NCBI GenBank assembly: GCA_964016885.1
Contig: OZ024760.1
Span: forward strand, 11,718,001-11,782,000
Reading direction: 5' to 3'
Origin: Eledone cirrhosa
Taxonomy: Eukaryota
DNA length: 64,000 bases
Below are positions 43,738-56,087 of the stretch, one piece after another. The position numbers were made by a program, and so were the translations under genes. Positions within the stretch are counted from its first letter, which is position 1. Every line of letters begins with the position of its first letter. The notes under the pieces were generated by a model that was given only the letters and a program-made list of their open reading frames with translations, made no database searches and had not been told where the DNA came from.

Positions 43738-44046
43738 TTTGGTGATCAGAATCCATTCAACTTTTAACTCATCCCAAAATGTCCAAATCTGATGTATTCC
43801 TTCAGTAATAGATTTGTCCTTTCAAGTCCTTTCTTCCGTCAAACTGTTCACCGAGCAGAGAAAAGGGGGCAGCGTCTTTTTTTTCCAAATTTCTGGTTGT
43901 TCGGGTTAAGTGGCAGCAAGTTTTGGTGAGGGAAGGCTTCCTTGATCCTTAATGTCATAGTTCGAGACTCTGAAAGTCTGCGTGATATCTTGCAAGAGAG
44001 AGGGAACGGGCTGCCATTCGGCCTCGAAAGAAAAATCAAAATTAAA

Positions 44047-44112
44047 AATAAATAAATATAAATACAAAATCTTTTAAAAAAACAATGAAAAAACAACGTA
44101 AAATGCAATAAA
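44047..44112 (+). terminator. Candidate polyadenylation signals of SLC25A38
   Basis: AATAAA at 44047 and 44107, followed by a T-rich downstream tract, 310-370 nt after the stop codon. Confidence 0.55.
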
Positions 44113-44354
44113 ACATTTATTTTATTAATTTATTTGTTTTATTTTATCTTTTTTGAGTTTTTAACCTGTTCCTTATTTTCTGTGGTGAATTCTGGGATTT
44201 TTTTTATAGTCTTTGACTGGTTTCAGCCATACAGAGGCATCACATTCTTTTATTCTTTTACTGGTTTCAGTCATTAGACTGTGGCAATGCTGGGGCACCA
44301 CATTCTTTTATTCTTTTACTGGTTTCAGTCACTACACTGTGGCCATGCATTGGA

Positions 44355-44580
44355 ATCAGAAGGCCCAGAGAGTAAACTTATCCAAAACTGAAGTGCTAGT
44401 GAGTAGGAAAGACAGGACCCAGATTCCTTCAGGGATGTGGCCATGTTCAATATTCAGAAAAAGAGTAGACATAGACTCCATACAATGTAAATCTTGGGTA
44501 CACAAAAGATGGAGTGGGATAATAGGAAGGGAGGACTTTGTATGTAGAAGATGCAGAGGAAAAATTGAAAGGAAGTGTGT
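44355..44580 (+). mobile_element. RTE-like LINE RT fragment with a Cys-rich (PHD-like) insert
   Basis: RVNLSKTEVLVS...WPCSIFRKRV..SIQCKSWVHKRWSGI..FVCRRC: RT N..KT motif followed by a degenerate zinc finger. Confidence 0.65.
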
Positions 44581-44884
44581 GTCAAAGGCGTCCCTTTGGA
44601 TTACTGGTACCGTGCATCTTGTAGTGTAGTGGCTAGTGGCTGAGCATTCCACAGAAACGTGTACCCTTAATGTAGTTCTCAGGGAGATTCAGCATGATGT
44701 GTGTGTGTGACAAGTCTGTCCCTTTGAATTATTGGGTATATCAATCCAACAGGCTTCCAAACAGTCACTGTCCACCCAAATTCACTCACAAGGCATGAGT
44801 TGACGTAAAGCTATGGTAAATAGCATTTTTCCAAGTTACTATCACACATTGGAATTGAATTTGGGACCTAATGATTGTCAACTT

Positions 44885-45435
44885 AACCCCTTAACCATCC
44901 CACCATGCTGTATATACAGGTATGTCACCTAGCAACTCTCCTTAACCATCCTACCACATTATATATACAGGTATGTCACCTTAACCATCCTACCACATTA
45001 TATATACAGGTATGTCACCTAGCAACTCACCTTAACCATCCTACCACATTATATACAGGTATGTCACCTACCAACTCACCTTAACCATCCTACCATGCTG
45101 TATATACAGGTATGTCACCTACCAACTCCCCTTAACCATCCTACTACATTATATATACAGGTATGTCACCTACCAACTCCCCTTAACCATCCTACCACAT
45201 TATATATACAGGTATGTCACCTAGCAACTCACCTTAACCATCCTACCACATTATATATACAGGTATGTCACCTAGCAACTCCCCTTAACCATCCTACCAT
45301 GCTGTATATATACAGGTATGTCACCTAGCAACTCCCCTTAACCATCCTACCACATTATATATACAGGTATGTCACCTACCAACTCCCCTTAACCATCCTA
45401 CCATGCTGTATATACAGGTATGTCACCTACCAACT
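44885..45435. repeat. About 51-bp minisatellite, about 11 copies
   Basis: Unit CTTAACCATCCTACCACATTATATATACAGGTATGTCACCTAGCAACTCCC. Confidence 0.92.
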
Positions 45436-45915
45436 ACTACAGATAACAGATATTGATACCTGAGTGACTTAAACAGTTGATAATGTTGATCATTAGGTAA
45501 CAATGGAATTAGTTTTCTTACAGTTGTAGCTGTTATTGTTATTGTTATTGTAGTTACTATTGTAATTTAACCCCAGGACAGACCTCACTGAGCATATTAA
45601 ACAAAAATGTTCTGGCTATGATACAAGCTTTTTAATATATATGAGGGTTACAATCGTGAGGTTGTGAGATCGATTCCTGGACTGGGTTGTGTGTTGTTTT
45701 CTTGAGCAAGACACTTTATTTCACATTGCTCCAGTTCACTTCACCTTCGCCTTTCCCTTGGACAACATCGGTGGTGTGGAGAGGGGAGACTGGAATGCAT
45801 GGGCGACTGGTGGTCTTCGACAAACGAACTTGCCTGGACTTCGGCTTCAAAGGGGAACTTTCTAAGTGCAAATCCCATGGTCATTTGTGACCAAAGGGGG
45901 TCTTCACCGTCTACT

Positions 45916-45953
<38 letters not shown>

Positions 45954-46149
45954 ATATATGTATATATAACATTGATAACTTTGACAGGTTTTGTCAAAGT
46001 GGACCATGGTGTCCAAATCCTGATTTGAAAGACTTCGCCAGGTGGTACTATTAAGTTAGACATGGCCTGGGCCAATACTAGCCAAAACCTGTCAAAGTTA
46101 TCAATGTTATATATATATCATTATCATCATTTTCATTTTGATGATGATG

Positions 46150-46992
46150 ATGTATATATAACATTGATAACTTTGGCAGATTTTGGCTAGTATTGGCCCA
46201 GGCCATGTCTAACTTAATAGTACCACCTGGCGAAGTCTTTCAAGTCAGGATTTGGACACCATGGCCCACTCAAGAAGGGAGTTATTGTTTACGGAGACAT
46301 ATCCAAGTGTAGGAGGCTTATCCGGGATTTCTTGAAGGAATTTGTCGAAAGACTTCTTGAACTTCATGGGATCTGTTTCTGTTTTAATGTCTTTTGGTGT
46401 TATGTTAAAGAGAGCGGGGCCAATTGAGGTGGAATAATTGTGCCGTATTGTTGTTATGAGATGTGAGTGAGATTTTTGTTGTGGGTGTATAGCACAGGAA
46501 TCAATCTTTACTTTAAAGGTGATGCCAATATTATTTGGGCAATGCTGATGGAATATTTTCCACATCTTACAGATAATGTAGCGTTCATGGCGGCGTTGAA
46601 GAGAATAAAGTTTGAGTTTTTTTAGTCGACCCCAATGGTTAAGGCCTGTCATGCCATCTATCTTTTTCGTGATTGACCTTTGAGGAGCTTCAATTTTCAT
46701 GATACTTTGTTTCATGTGAGGAGACCACAGTGGACAACAGTATTCAAGGTGGGGTCAGGCAAAAGTGGAGAAGAGAAGGATAATAGTGTGGATATCTCTT
46801 GATTGGAAGGTTCTGAGAATCCAGGAACCCATTCTGCAGGCCATGTCAACTTTGCTGTTTATATGAGTGGCCCAGCTTATGTTGTTGTCTACAATTACTC
46901 CCAAATCTCTGATGTTGTTGGATCCCACGAGAGTTTCACCTGAAGGAAGGGAGTATGGGAGTTTCAGGGCATCCGCTTTTCCAAAGTGGACT
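46150..46992 (-). mobile_element. CR1-group LINE 3' portion
   Basis: Minus strand IRDLGVIVDNNISW...PHLEYCCPLWSPH...RLKKLKLYSLQRRHERY...FDKFLQEIPDKP; ends in TA. Confidence 0.88.
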
Positions 46993-47174
46993 TCTCCAAA
47001 TCTACAAAAGCTAAGTAGAGGGGTTTACTTTTAGCTAGGTAGTCTCCTGTAGTTGTCGTACAATTTCCGTATATATTCGAGGAATATGTGAATAAAAAAT
47101 CGATGGTAAAAAAAGGGGTCGGCTTATATTTGGGGTCAATATTTTGACGATTTTTACCAACTTTATAAAGTGTA

Positions 47175-47530
47175 CAGCGGCTCGCTTAACAGAGGTAACT
47201 GGTGAAGCTCGTGAGGGCGCTTGGTTGTTCCAACGCATCAGCCACGCCATCACTCGAGCTAACGCCGCGAGCGTGTTGGCTTGCCTCAAAAATTATTAGA
47301 GGTTTCCCAGAGCTCCTCGCGATATTGTTATCTTTTACTCTGGTAGTTTCATGGTTGTCCACCCCTTTCGCCTGTCTTTTATTGTTTGTGGTCCCAGATG
47401 TGTGCGCTAACCGCTTCTGTGTGTTTTTTTTGTTTTCCTTTCCTTTATATTATATTTGTTTGTGCTTTCTTTCTGTAAGCATTATATTATTATATTTCTT
47501 TTTTATACAACAGTGAATACTTTAATAAAT
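47175..47530 (+). mobile_element. Second CRE-like family, 3' end
   Basis: RLTEVTGEAREGAWLFQRISHAITRANAASVLAC aligns by eye with the C-terminus of the 48901 element. Confidence 0.65.
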
Positions 47531-48431
47531 TTCAACTATTTATTTTTTCAATAAGGTGCTTAAAATATCTGGGTTTTCTGTGGTCCTCACCACCCTAGAA
47601 TACTTTAATAAAACGTTTTAGCGCTATCTCTAACAGGTCAACTGACCGCATTGAGGCCTCTCCTGTTGTTGATTTTGTAAGTACGATTGTTATTGTAGTA
47701 GTTGTTGTTGTTAGAGTTGTCGTCATCATCGTCCTTGATGATAAGACATGCGACGGAGTATAAATGTCTTTTTTGTATTTTTTGTGTGATCGAGGTTGAA
47801 AGTTGGCTTATAAAACAAAAAAAAAAAGAGTTTTGTTCTTGCTAATCTAATCAATACAGGATGACATATCTCACGCTTGAAATGTTCAACATTTTTATTT
47901 TATTTTAATTTTATTATCATTATTTTATTTATCGTCAACTATAAGATAACCTCGTTTGTGGACAGTGCAATATGTGAATTAATGTTGGCTATCTCTCAGA
48001 ACAGAGTTTGTATGACGCCGTTAATGTTTGGGAAGGACAGTCGTTGGTATAACATGTAAGAACTGACGCAATTATTGATATCGTGGTTTTATTTTTGATT
48101 TATTTATTTCACGTGGGAGACAACAGAACTGATTCTGGGCGCAGGCTTAACAATAATTTAGAAGTTCGTTTCATAAGCTTGGTACCACGACTCTATTAGA
48201 TTTTTTTTACTATATGTATATAGAAATGTTATTTATAGTTGTATAAATAACATTACAAATATAACCAACATCATAATATTTGTTTCTACTTTAGGCACAA
48301 GGCCAGCAATTACCCAGTTCATTACTGGTACTTTATTTTATCGACCCCGTAAGGATGAAAGGCAAAGTCAACCTCATCATAATATTACAAATAAAAGAGA
48401 AAAGGGAAAGGAAAAAAGAGAAAAAAAAAAC

Positions 48432-48913
48432 ACACACATCTAGGACCACATACAACACATAAGCAGGTAATACACACATCTAGGACCACATACAACACAT
48501 AAGCAGGTAATACACACATCTAGGACCACATACAACACATAAGCAGGTAATACACACATCTAGGACCACATACAACACATAAGCAGGTAATACACACATC
48601 TAGGACCACATACAACACATAAGCAGGTAATACACACATCTAGGACCACATACAACATATAAGCAGGTAATACACACATCTAGGACCACATACAACACAC
48701 AAGCAGGTAATACACACATCTAGGACCACATGCAACATATAATCAGGTAATACACACATCTAGGACCACATACAACACACAAGCAGGTAATACACACATC
48801 TAGGACCACATGCAACACACAGGCAGGTAATACACACATCTAGGACCACATATAACACACAGGCAGGTAATACACACATCTAGGACCACATGCAACACAT
48901 AAGCAGGTAATAC
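48432..48913. repeat. 40-bp minisatellite, about 12 copies, at the 5' junction of the CRE element
   Basis: Unit ACACACATCTAGGACCACATACAACACATAAGCAGGTAAT; the last unit runs into the CRE frame. Confidence 0.93.
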
Positions 48914-49492
48914 TGCCATGCTGCCCTCAACGAAGTCATAAAGCATGGCTTCGATGTTGCAGGCTTCCCCTCCCAGCTCGAGCCGATGGGGCTGGACCGA
49001 GGGGACGGCAAAAGGCCAGATGGTATGACCATCTTCCCGTTCCGCGGTGGTAAAACCCTCGTCTGGGTTGCCACTTGCTGCGACACATTCTCCAGCCGCA
49101 ACCTGGTGCAGTCTGCGACTAGCCCAGGTTCTGCTGCACTTCGGGATGAGGAGGGTAAACTCTCCAAGTATCGGTCGCTCTCCGACAGGTTTGCAGTCGA
49201 GCCCCTAGCAGTGGAGACTTCTGGTGTCCTTGACCCTAGGGCTACCTCCCTACTTACCACCATAGGCGCTGAGCTGGCGAGCGACAGGTGTGAGCCTCGC
49301 GAGATGGAATGGCTCTTCCAGCTCATCTCCCTTACCATCCTCCGGGGAAACGCCTTCTAAATTCTGTCCGCCGGGGCCGTGAGGCGGTCAGCGCGTGGGA
49401 CCCCATTTGCTCACTATACAGAGAGATGGGGGCGATGACAGTGGGAGTTCGGCTCCTCTGTGTTTGGAGCTGGTGTGCAGCGTCAGTTGTGA

Positions 49493-49495
<3 letters not shown>
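48901..49495 (+). mobile_element. CRE-clade non-LTR retrotransposon 3' end (restriction-like endonuclease domain)
   Basis: HAALNEVIKHGFDVAGFPSQLEPMGLDRGDGKRPDGMTIFPFRGGKTLVW.ATCCDTF...KLSKY...EPLAVETSG...WLFQLISLTILRGNA; the 3' UTR runs into (TA)n. Confidence 0.85.
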
Positions 49496-49550
<55 letters not shown>

Positions 49551-49939
49551 TATTATAGATCAATATATATATATATATATACTGTTTTATGCCTTGTTCT
49601 CAAGGTTTGGGTGTATACAATTATATGCCTACATGCAAATATCAGCGTTAATCTGTCCACTATTAAAATGGTCAACACCTGACTCATACGCTGTTCACTC
49701 TCCTGACATTTGTACATTATTCAATGCAATGGATTGGCAGTATCGGTAGAGGGACGGACGCCATGCTTTGTAGCATAGAGTTACGCCCCTTTATGATCTG
49801 AGTTCAATAATTTTCACCATTATTATTAAATGATTTATGTCGATAAAATAAAGTACCAGTAATACACTGAAATAATTGCTGGCCTTGTGCCAAAAGAAGA
49901 AACAATTATTAAATGATTTAACTTGTGGTTGTGTGTATG

Positions 49940-50192
49940 TGCCAGCCGCACCGTGATTCTAGGGGACTAGAATGAAGAAAGAGTTATCCCCGCCGAAGAA
50001 TAGCGAGAAAGACGTCTAAGAAAAGAATGATAGTGGTAAGGCGTCGAGTTGTCTCCCTTCGTAACGTAAACCAAACGTGGGAGAATCATTTTTACGTGTA
50101 AATGAGAGTTTTGTTGCAGCCTTTCTAGAGTCCCGGAAGGGAGCAAACCGAGAAAATTGGAACCTGGAATACAACAGCCGTTACAGGTAAGG
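49940..50192 (+). promoter_or_regulatory. Possible CpG-rich promoter or non-coding first exon of a downstream gene
   Basis: Unique, CpG-enriched sequence ending in a strong donor CAG|GTAAGG at 50186/50187; no coding exon was identified in the window. Confidence 0.35.
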
Positions 50193-50422
50193 AGCAGGAA
50201 CTAATGGGGGAGACTAGATATAGTTGGTGTTTCCTCAACAAAGTTCTGTGAAGATGGAAAATCTAATATTCAGGTGGGGATACTCACAAGCGCCCGGCTG
50301 TCAGGATGTGTTATGGACTGGATCCCGTTAGGGGGGGGGGGGGGGGGGGAGGATTTGCTTCTCTGTGGCTGGTGCAAGGTTTTACACCAAACAAGGAGTC
50401 CGAATACAGGTCCTTCTTTGAT

Positions 50423-50955
50423 GAAGGGTTAATAACAAAGGCAGTGTCTTTCATTAGAAATATGGCAATAAAAGGGTTAATGACATAGACAGTGTCTTTC
50501 ATTAAAAATATGGCAATAAAAGGGTTAATGACATAGACAGTGTCTTTCATTAGAAATATGGCAATAAAAGGGTTAATGACATAGACAGCGTCTTTCATTA
50601 GAAATATGGCAATAAAAGGGTTAATGACATAGACAGTGTCTTTCATTAGAAATATGGCAATAAAAGGGTTAATGACATAGACAGCGTCTTTCATTAGAAA
50701 TATGGCAATAAAAGGGTTAATGACATAGACAGCGTCTTTCATTAGAAATATGGCAATAAAAGGGTTAATGACATAGACAGTGTCTTTCATTAAAAATATG
50801 GCAATAAAAGGGTTAATGACATAGACAGTGTCTTTCATTAGAAATATGGCAATAAAAGGGTTAATGACATAGACAGCGTCTTTCATTAGAAATATGGCAA
50901 TAAAAGGGTTAATGACATAGACTGTCCTTCCCTAAAAATATGGTAATGAAAGGAA
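50423..50955. repeat. 48-bp minisatellite, about 11 copies, derived from a piggyBac-MITE end
   Basis: Unit GTCTTTCATTAGAAATATGGCAATAAAAGGGTTAATGACATAGACAGT contains the AAAGGG|TTAA terminus. Confidence 0.92.
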
Positions 50956-51409
50956 AATGCTTACGGAATCGAGGGAAGAGATGGGGGGAGGGGTGCTATT
51001 TTATTTAAATTAAATAAATTCAGAAACTAAATATATTTGTTATTCCAAAATTACATACATGCATACATACATATATACATACATACATACACACATACAT
51101 ACATACATACACACATACATACATGCACACATGATAACCGAGTTCTTGCTCTACTCTCTCATTAATACAAACCAGTGTTTACCAGTTCTGTTAATTTAAT
51201 GTGAGATATTCACCAACACGATCAGACAGACAATCAGGTAGGGAGACAGGTAAATAGACAGTCGGACGTACAGACAGGTAAAAACACCGACATACAGGTA
51301 AACAAACAAATAGATGGATCAAATTAATGGTAAATAATTGTGGGGCTGAGTCCCCCACCTTGTCTAAAAGAAAAATCTAAAATCTGTCTCAAAGCCAGGC
51401 TCTCATCAA

Positions 51410-51915
51410 GCCGGTATTTACCACAGTTTCTTTGGTGTTAAGGGACTGACTGTACAAGACTCCCTCCCTCTGGATAGGACGCCAGTCCACAGCAGGATTA
51501 AAGTATGTCTCAAGTCCAGACGTTCACCAGACCGGTGTTTACCACAGTTTCTTTGGTGTTAAGGGACTGAGTGTATAAGACTCCCTCCCTCTGGATAGGA
51601 CGCCAGTCCACAGCAGGATTAAAGTATGTCTCAAGTCCAGACGTTCACCAGACCGGTGTTTACCACAGTTTCTTTGGTGTTAAGGGACTGAGTGTATAAG
51701 ACTCCCTCCCTCTGGATAGGACGCCAGTCCACAGCAGGATTAAAGTATGTCTCAAGTCCAGACGTTCACCAGACCGGTGTTTACCACAGTTTCTTTGGTG
51801 TTAAGGGACTGAGTGTATAAGACTCCCTCCCTCTGGATAGGACGCCAGTCCACAGCAGGATTAAAGTATGTCTCAAGTCCAGACGTTCACCAGACCGGTG
51901 TTTATCACAGTTTCT
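51410..51915. repeat. 121-bp tandem repeat, about 4 copies (SINE-like sequence on the minus strand)
   Basis: Period 121 (GCCAGTCCAC at 51481, 51602, 51723, 51844). Confidence 0.92.
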
Positions 51916-53846
51916 CAATATGTAAACAAAATGACTAATTCTATTTTCCTGGCCAACAGGGCCCTGTGCTTAAGCACACCTAAGCACAATGGTAAATCTG
52001 GTACAGCCCGAACGGAATAATATTCTAAAATAGCAGGAATAATAATTGTTTCTACTTTTGGCACAAGTCCAGCAATTATTCCAGTGTATTACTGGTACTT
52101 TATTTTATCGACCCCGTAAGGATGAAAGGCTGGAATTGAACCCAGTCCGTAAAGGGGTATAACTCTGTGCTGCAAAGCATGGCGTCTGAACCCGCCAATA
52201 CTCCCAAACTATAATAATATTATTTTCTAGTCTGTGGATTCTAGGGCGATGGATTGGTAGAGTCGGACACCATGCCGTGCAGCACAGAGTTAAGGTCTTT
52301 AACGGTCTGAGTTCAAATCCCACCGGAGTTAACTTTGCCTTTCATCTTTACGAGGTCGATAAAATAAAGTACCAGTAATGTACTGGCGTCGATTTAATCG
52401 ACTTTCCCCTCTCCCTAAATTACTGGCCTTGTGCCTATACTAGTGGCAGTATCGGTAGAGGGTCGGACGCTATGCTTTGACGCATAGAGTTACGTCCCTT
52501 GCCATTCTGAGTTCGAATCCCGCCGAGATTAACTTTGCCTTTCATCCTTACGGGGTCGATTAAAATAAAGTACCAGTAATGCACTGGGTAATTGTTGGCC
52601 CTGTGCCAAAAAGTATAAACACTTCCTGTAACATATCAGTAACACAGGTTTGACCTAACCTATAGATGTGGGGGCGTTAAGGTGAAGATTGGGGTTAGGG
52701 TGGTGGTGGTGGTGGTGGTGGAGGCGGCTCTAAGTTACTGTTGTTGTTAGTGGTGGCGGGGATGGTGATGGTGGTGTTTATGATAATGGTGGCGCGTAGC
52801 TACTGTTACAAGAATTGTGTCACGTTAAGCAGAGATAAGAAATACAAATATACAATATATAGAGATTGTAACATGGTTTCTGTTGCGTGTGCATTGGTGG
52901 CGGCGGTGGTGAGGAGTGTACTGGCGGTGGCGGTGTGTATTGGTGGTGGTGGTGGTGGAGTGTGTATTGGTGGTGGCGGTGAGGAGTGTATTGGCGGTGG
53001 CGGTGTGTATTGGTGGTGGTGGTGGTGGAGTGTGTATTGGTGGTGGCGGTGAGGAGTGTATTGGCGGTGGCGGTGTGTATTGGTGGTGGTGGTGGTGGAG
53101 TGTGTATTGGTGGTGGCGGTGAGGAGTGTATTGGCGGTGGGGTGTGTATTGGTGGTGGTGGTGGTGGAGTGTGTATTGGTGGTGGTGGTGAGGAGTGTAC
53201 TGGCGGTGGCGGTGTGTATTGGTGGTGGTGGTGGTGGGGTGTGTATTGGTGGTGGCGGTGAGGAGTGTACTGGCGGTGGCGGGGAGTTTATTTGTATCTC
53301 ATATGTACGTAAAGTGCAAATGGATAATACACACAAACACACATAGACACATACAGAGACACACATAGACACATACACATAGACACATACAGAGACACAC
53401 ATAGACACATACACACAAACACACATAGACACATACAGAGACACACATAGACACATACAGACAGACACACATAGACACATACAGAGACACACATAGACAC
53501 ATACAGAGACACACATAGACACATACAGACATACACACATAGAGACAGACAGACGCACACTCACAAATAAATAAATATAGGATTCATTCAAAACTCACTT
53601 GGTACCCTAACAACAACATATTACTCTACAGCCTACCATGGGTTAACCCTTAAAAATGATAAACTGGAGCTTAGGGCCTCAAGTAAAGAAATAGCCCCAT
53701 ACAATACCATACCATGAGATAGCCCCGTAACTCTGGGGAGTCATAGGGTCACCGTAGTGACATACAGCATTTTTGGGGGCAATTTAAAAACCTGTCGGGG
53801 CCCATCTCCTCTCCAGGTCTGACCACAGCAGATTTCTTCCAGAGAA

Positions 53847-53890
<44 letters not shown>

Positions 53891-53894
<4 letters not shown>

Positions 53895-54277
53895 GTTAGA
53901 ATATGTGTAATAAGGCCAAGGCAATGCAGATATGGATATAGAAAAAAGAATGCAATAGTGAAAGATATTGATGTGAATTCGTCTTTCACCTTGAATTTAT
54001 TTAAATGTCCTTAATTTTCGAGATAATATCTCTTCTTCGGAGGGAAGTAAAGGTCTCAGACCAGCGTCTTTAAATCTCTAATGAAGCACATTAGAGATTT
54101 AAAGACGCTGGTCTGAGACCTTTACTTCCCTCCGAAGAAGAGATATTATCTCGAAAATTAAGGACATTTAAATAAATTCAAGGTGAAAGACGAATTCACA
54201 TCAATATCTTTCACTATTGCATTCTTTTTTCTATATCCATATCTGCATTGCCTTGGCCTTATTACACATATTCTAAC

Positions 54278-54281
<4 letters not shown>
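53891..54281. repeat. Perfect 193-bp inverted repeat with a 5-nt spacer, embedded in (TA)n
   Basis: 53891-54083 is the reverse complement of 54089-54281; spacer AAGCA; long TA runs on both sides. Confidence 0.95.
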
Positions 54282-54318
<37 letters not shown>

Positions 54319-54542
54319 AATAAATTAACGGAGCCATAGGCTCTCGCTATTCCCTGTCAATAATGTGCTCAAAGGAGAAGAAATCCTGAGCTCTTTAAAA
54401 TATAATATGTTGAAAAGGTAAGACACTAGAGAGAGATACAATGCGCTATCAATAAAACAGGGAAAAACCACCTGTGTATGGAATCTATACACTGGCGGCT
54501 TTTCCCTGTTTTATTGATAGTGCACTGTATCTTACCTTTTCA

Positions 54543-54585
<43 letters not shown>

Positions 54586-55039
54586 AGTGAGGAAGCAATA
54601 TAGAGGAATAATCGACCCAGTATTAAACTGGTACTTTTTTATGTACCTCAAATGGTTGAGAGGCAAAGTTGACCTCTGTGGGATTTGAATTCAGAGAGAA
54701 GAGTGCCGGAACGAATACCACAAAGTACACTAATACGATATATAGTATATGGGGTTTCCATATTTTCTGTGCTTAGGACCTCAAAGGGTTTTAATCTGGC
54801 CCTGGCTTCATCCCCAAAACCACCCACTTCTCTCATCTACCCAACCTATATCTCGTTATCACAATTTCACGGCCTCGTGATAGTCTTAAACCCTTCCACT
54901 CTTATTTCAATTTCCACCCCGTCACTTCTCATTTCCCACAAACATGAAACTAATACTATTTACCAGTTTACACCTGAGATATTCATCATCACGAAGAGGC
55001 AGACACAGGGACAGGTAAACAAACAGATTAATAAATAAA

Positions 55040-55210
55040 TAAACACCGTAGTAGATGCGATGACACCCAGACTTCGTTGCCCTACAAAGTGAAGACCCAC
55101 CGCCCCAAGTTGTTGAAGTATCGGCTGCTTTCTGATAGATTTGTCGTTGAATCTATCTATAGTGCTGGAAACTTCTGTGGTCCTGGATCCCCCCCCCCAT
55201 CTACCTTAAT
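55040..55210 (+). mobile_element. Decayed CRE fragment
   Basis: KLLKYRLLSDRFVVES...ETS.VLDP, matching KLSKYRSLSDRFAVEPLAVETSGVLDP in the 48901 element. Confidence 0.6.
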
Positions 55211-55634
55211 CGCTGCTGTTGTTGTTGTTGGTGGTGTTGGTGGAGATAGTGGTGGTGGTGGTGGGATGGAAGAGACAAAAGAGTGAGATAAAGCTAGAAA
55301 ACGAGCGAGAGAGAGGGTGCAATAGGTACAAACGTGATACAAACCAAAAATGTTGTTACTACGTTTGTACTTATATCAAGTTGTAACCCAGTAACATATT
55401 TATTGTTATTCTTGTTCTTGTTGTTGTTGTTATCAAATAACAATAACAAATGTGACAATGTTTTGGTTTGAGAAATTATCATATTTGTTTTTTGTTTTGT
55501 TTTATCGCGCAACCAATTTTTATGTAAACATCATTACGTTATGTAACTTCCCCGAATTGGGAGAGCACCGGTGCCCGATTTAGGACAAATGAGGTCCTGT
55601 GCTAGTTATGTTATGAGGCCCTGGGCTAGTTAAG

Positions 55635-55875
55635 TGTAGCCGGAGGCATTCAGACTTACCTTGCATCTCTCTTGTCCACGTGGGGGTACTTTCCGCTCGC
55701 GTCTGTCTTCACACGTCCGTCACCTCGCAGGGCGTATAGCTAAGAGACCTCTGTTGACCGCCTGGTCCCTCGAGTCGCCCCCGTCCTCCTGCTTCCGTTC
55801 AGGCATCCCCCAACTTCCAGCAATCCCCCTCCCATGGCAGCTCTACACCCTCCTCTATCTCGCGGCAGCCCCACA
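55635..55875. mobile_element. Solo LTR (241 bp) nested in a hAT MITE
   Basis: TGT...ACA ends, 5-bp TSD TTAAG (55630-34 and 55876-80), GC/CpG-rich compared with its flanks. Confidence 0.75.
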
Positions 55876-56087
55876 TTAAGTTACGAGACCCTGTGCTAAT
55901 TATGTCATGAGGACCTACTGTGCTAGTTAAGTTTTGAGGCCCTGTGCTAGTTAAGTTATGAGGCCCCTTAGTTGGGCTTTGAAAGAGGTTAAACAAATTT
56001 TGGCTGGAAGATGACCCCTCCGGCCAATGGGACGTTGTCCTTAAGCACACCTAAGCACAATGGTAAATCCAACAGTAGAGATATTAG

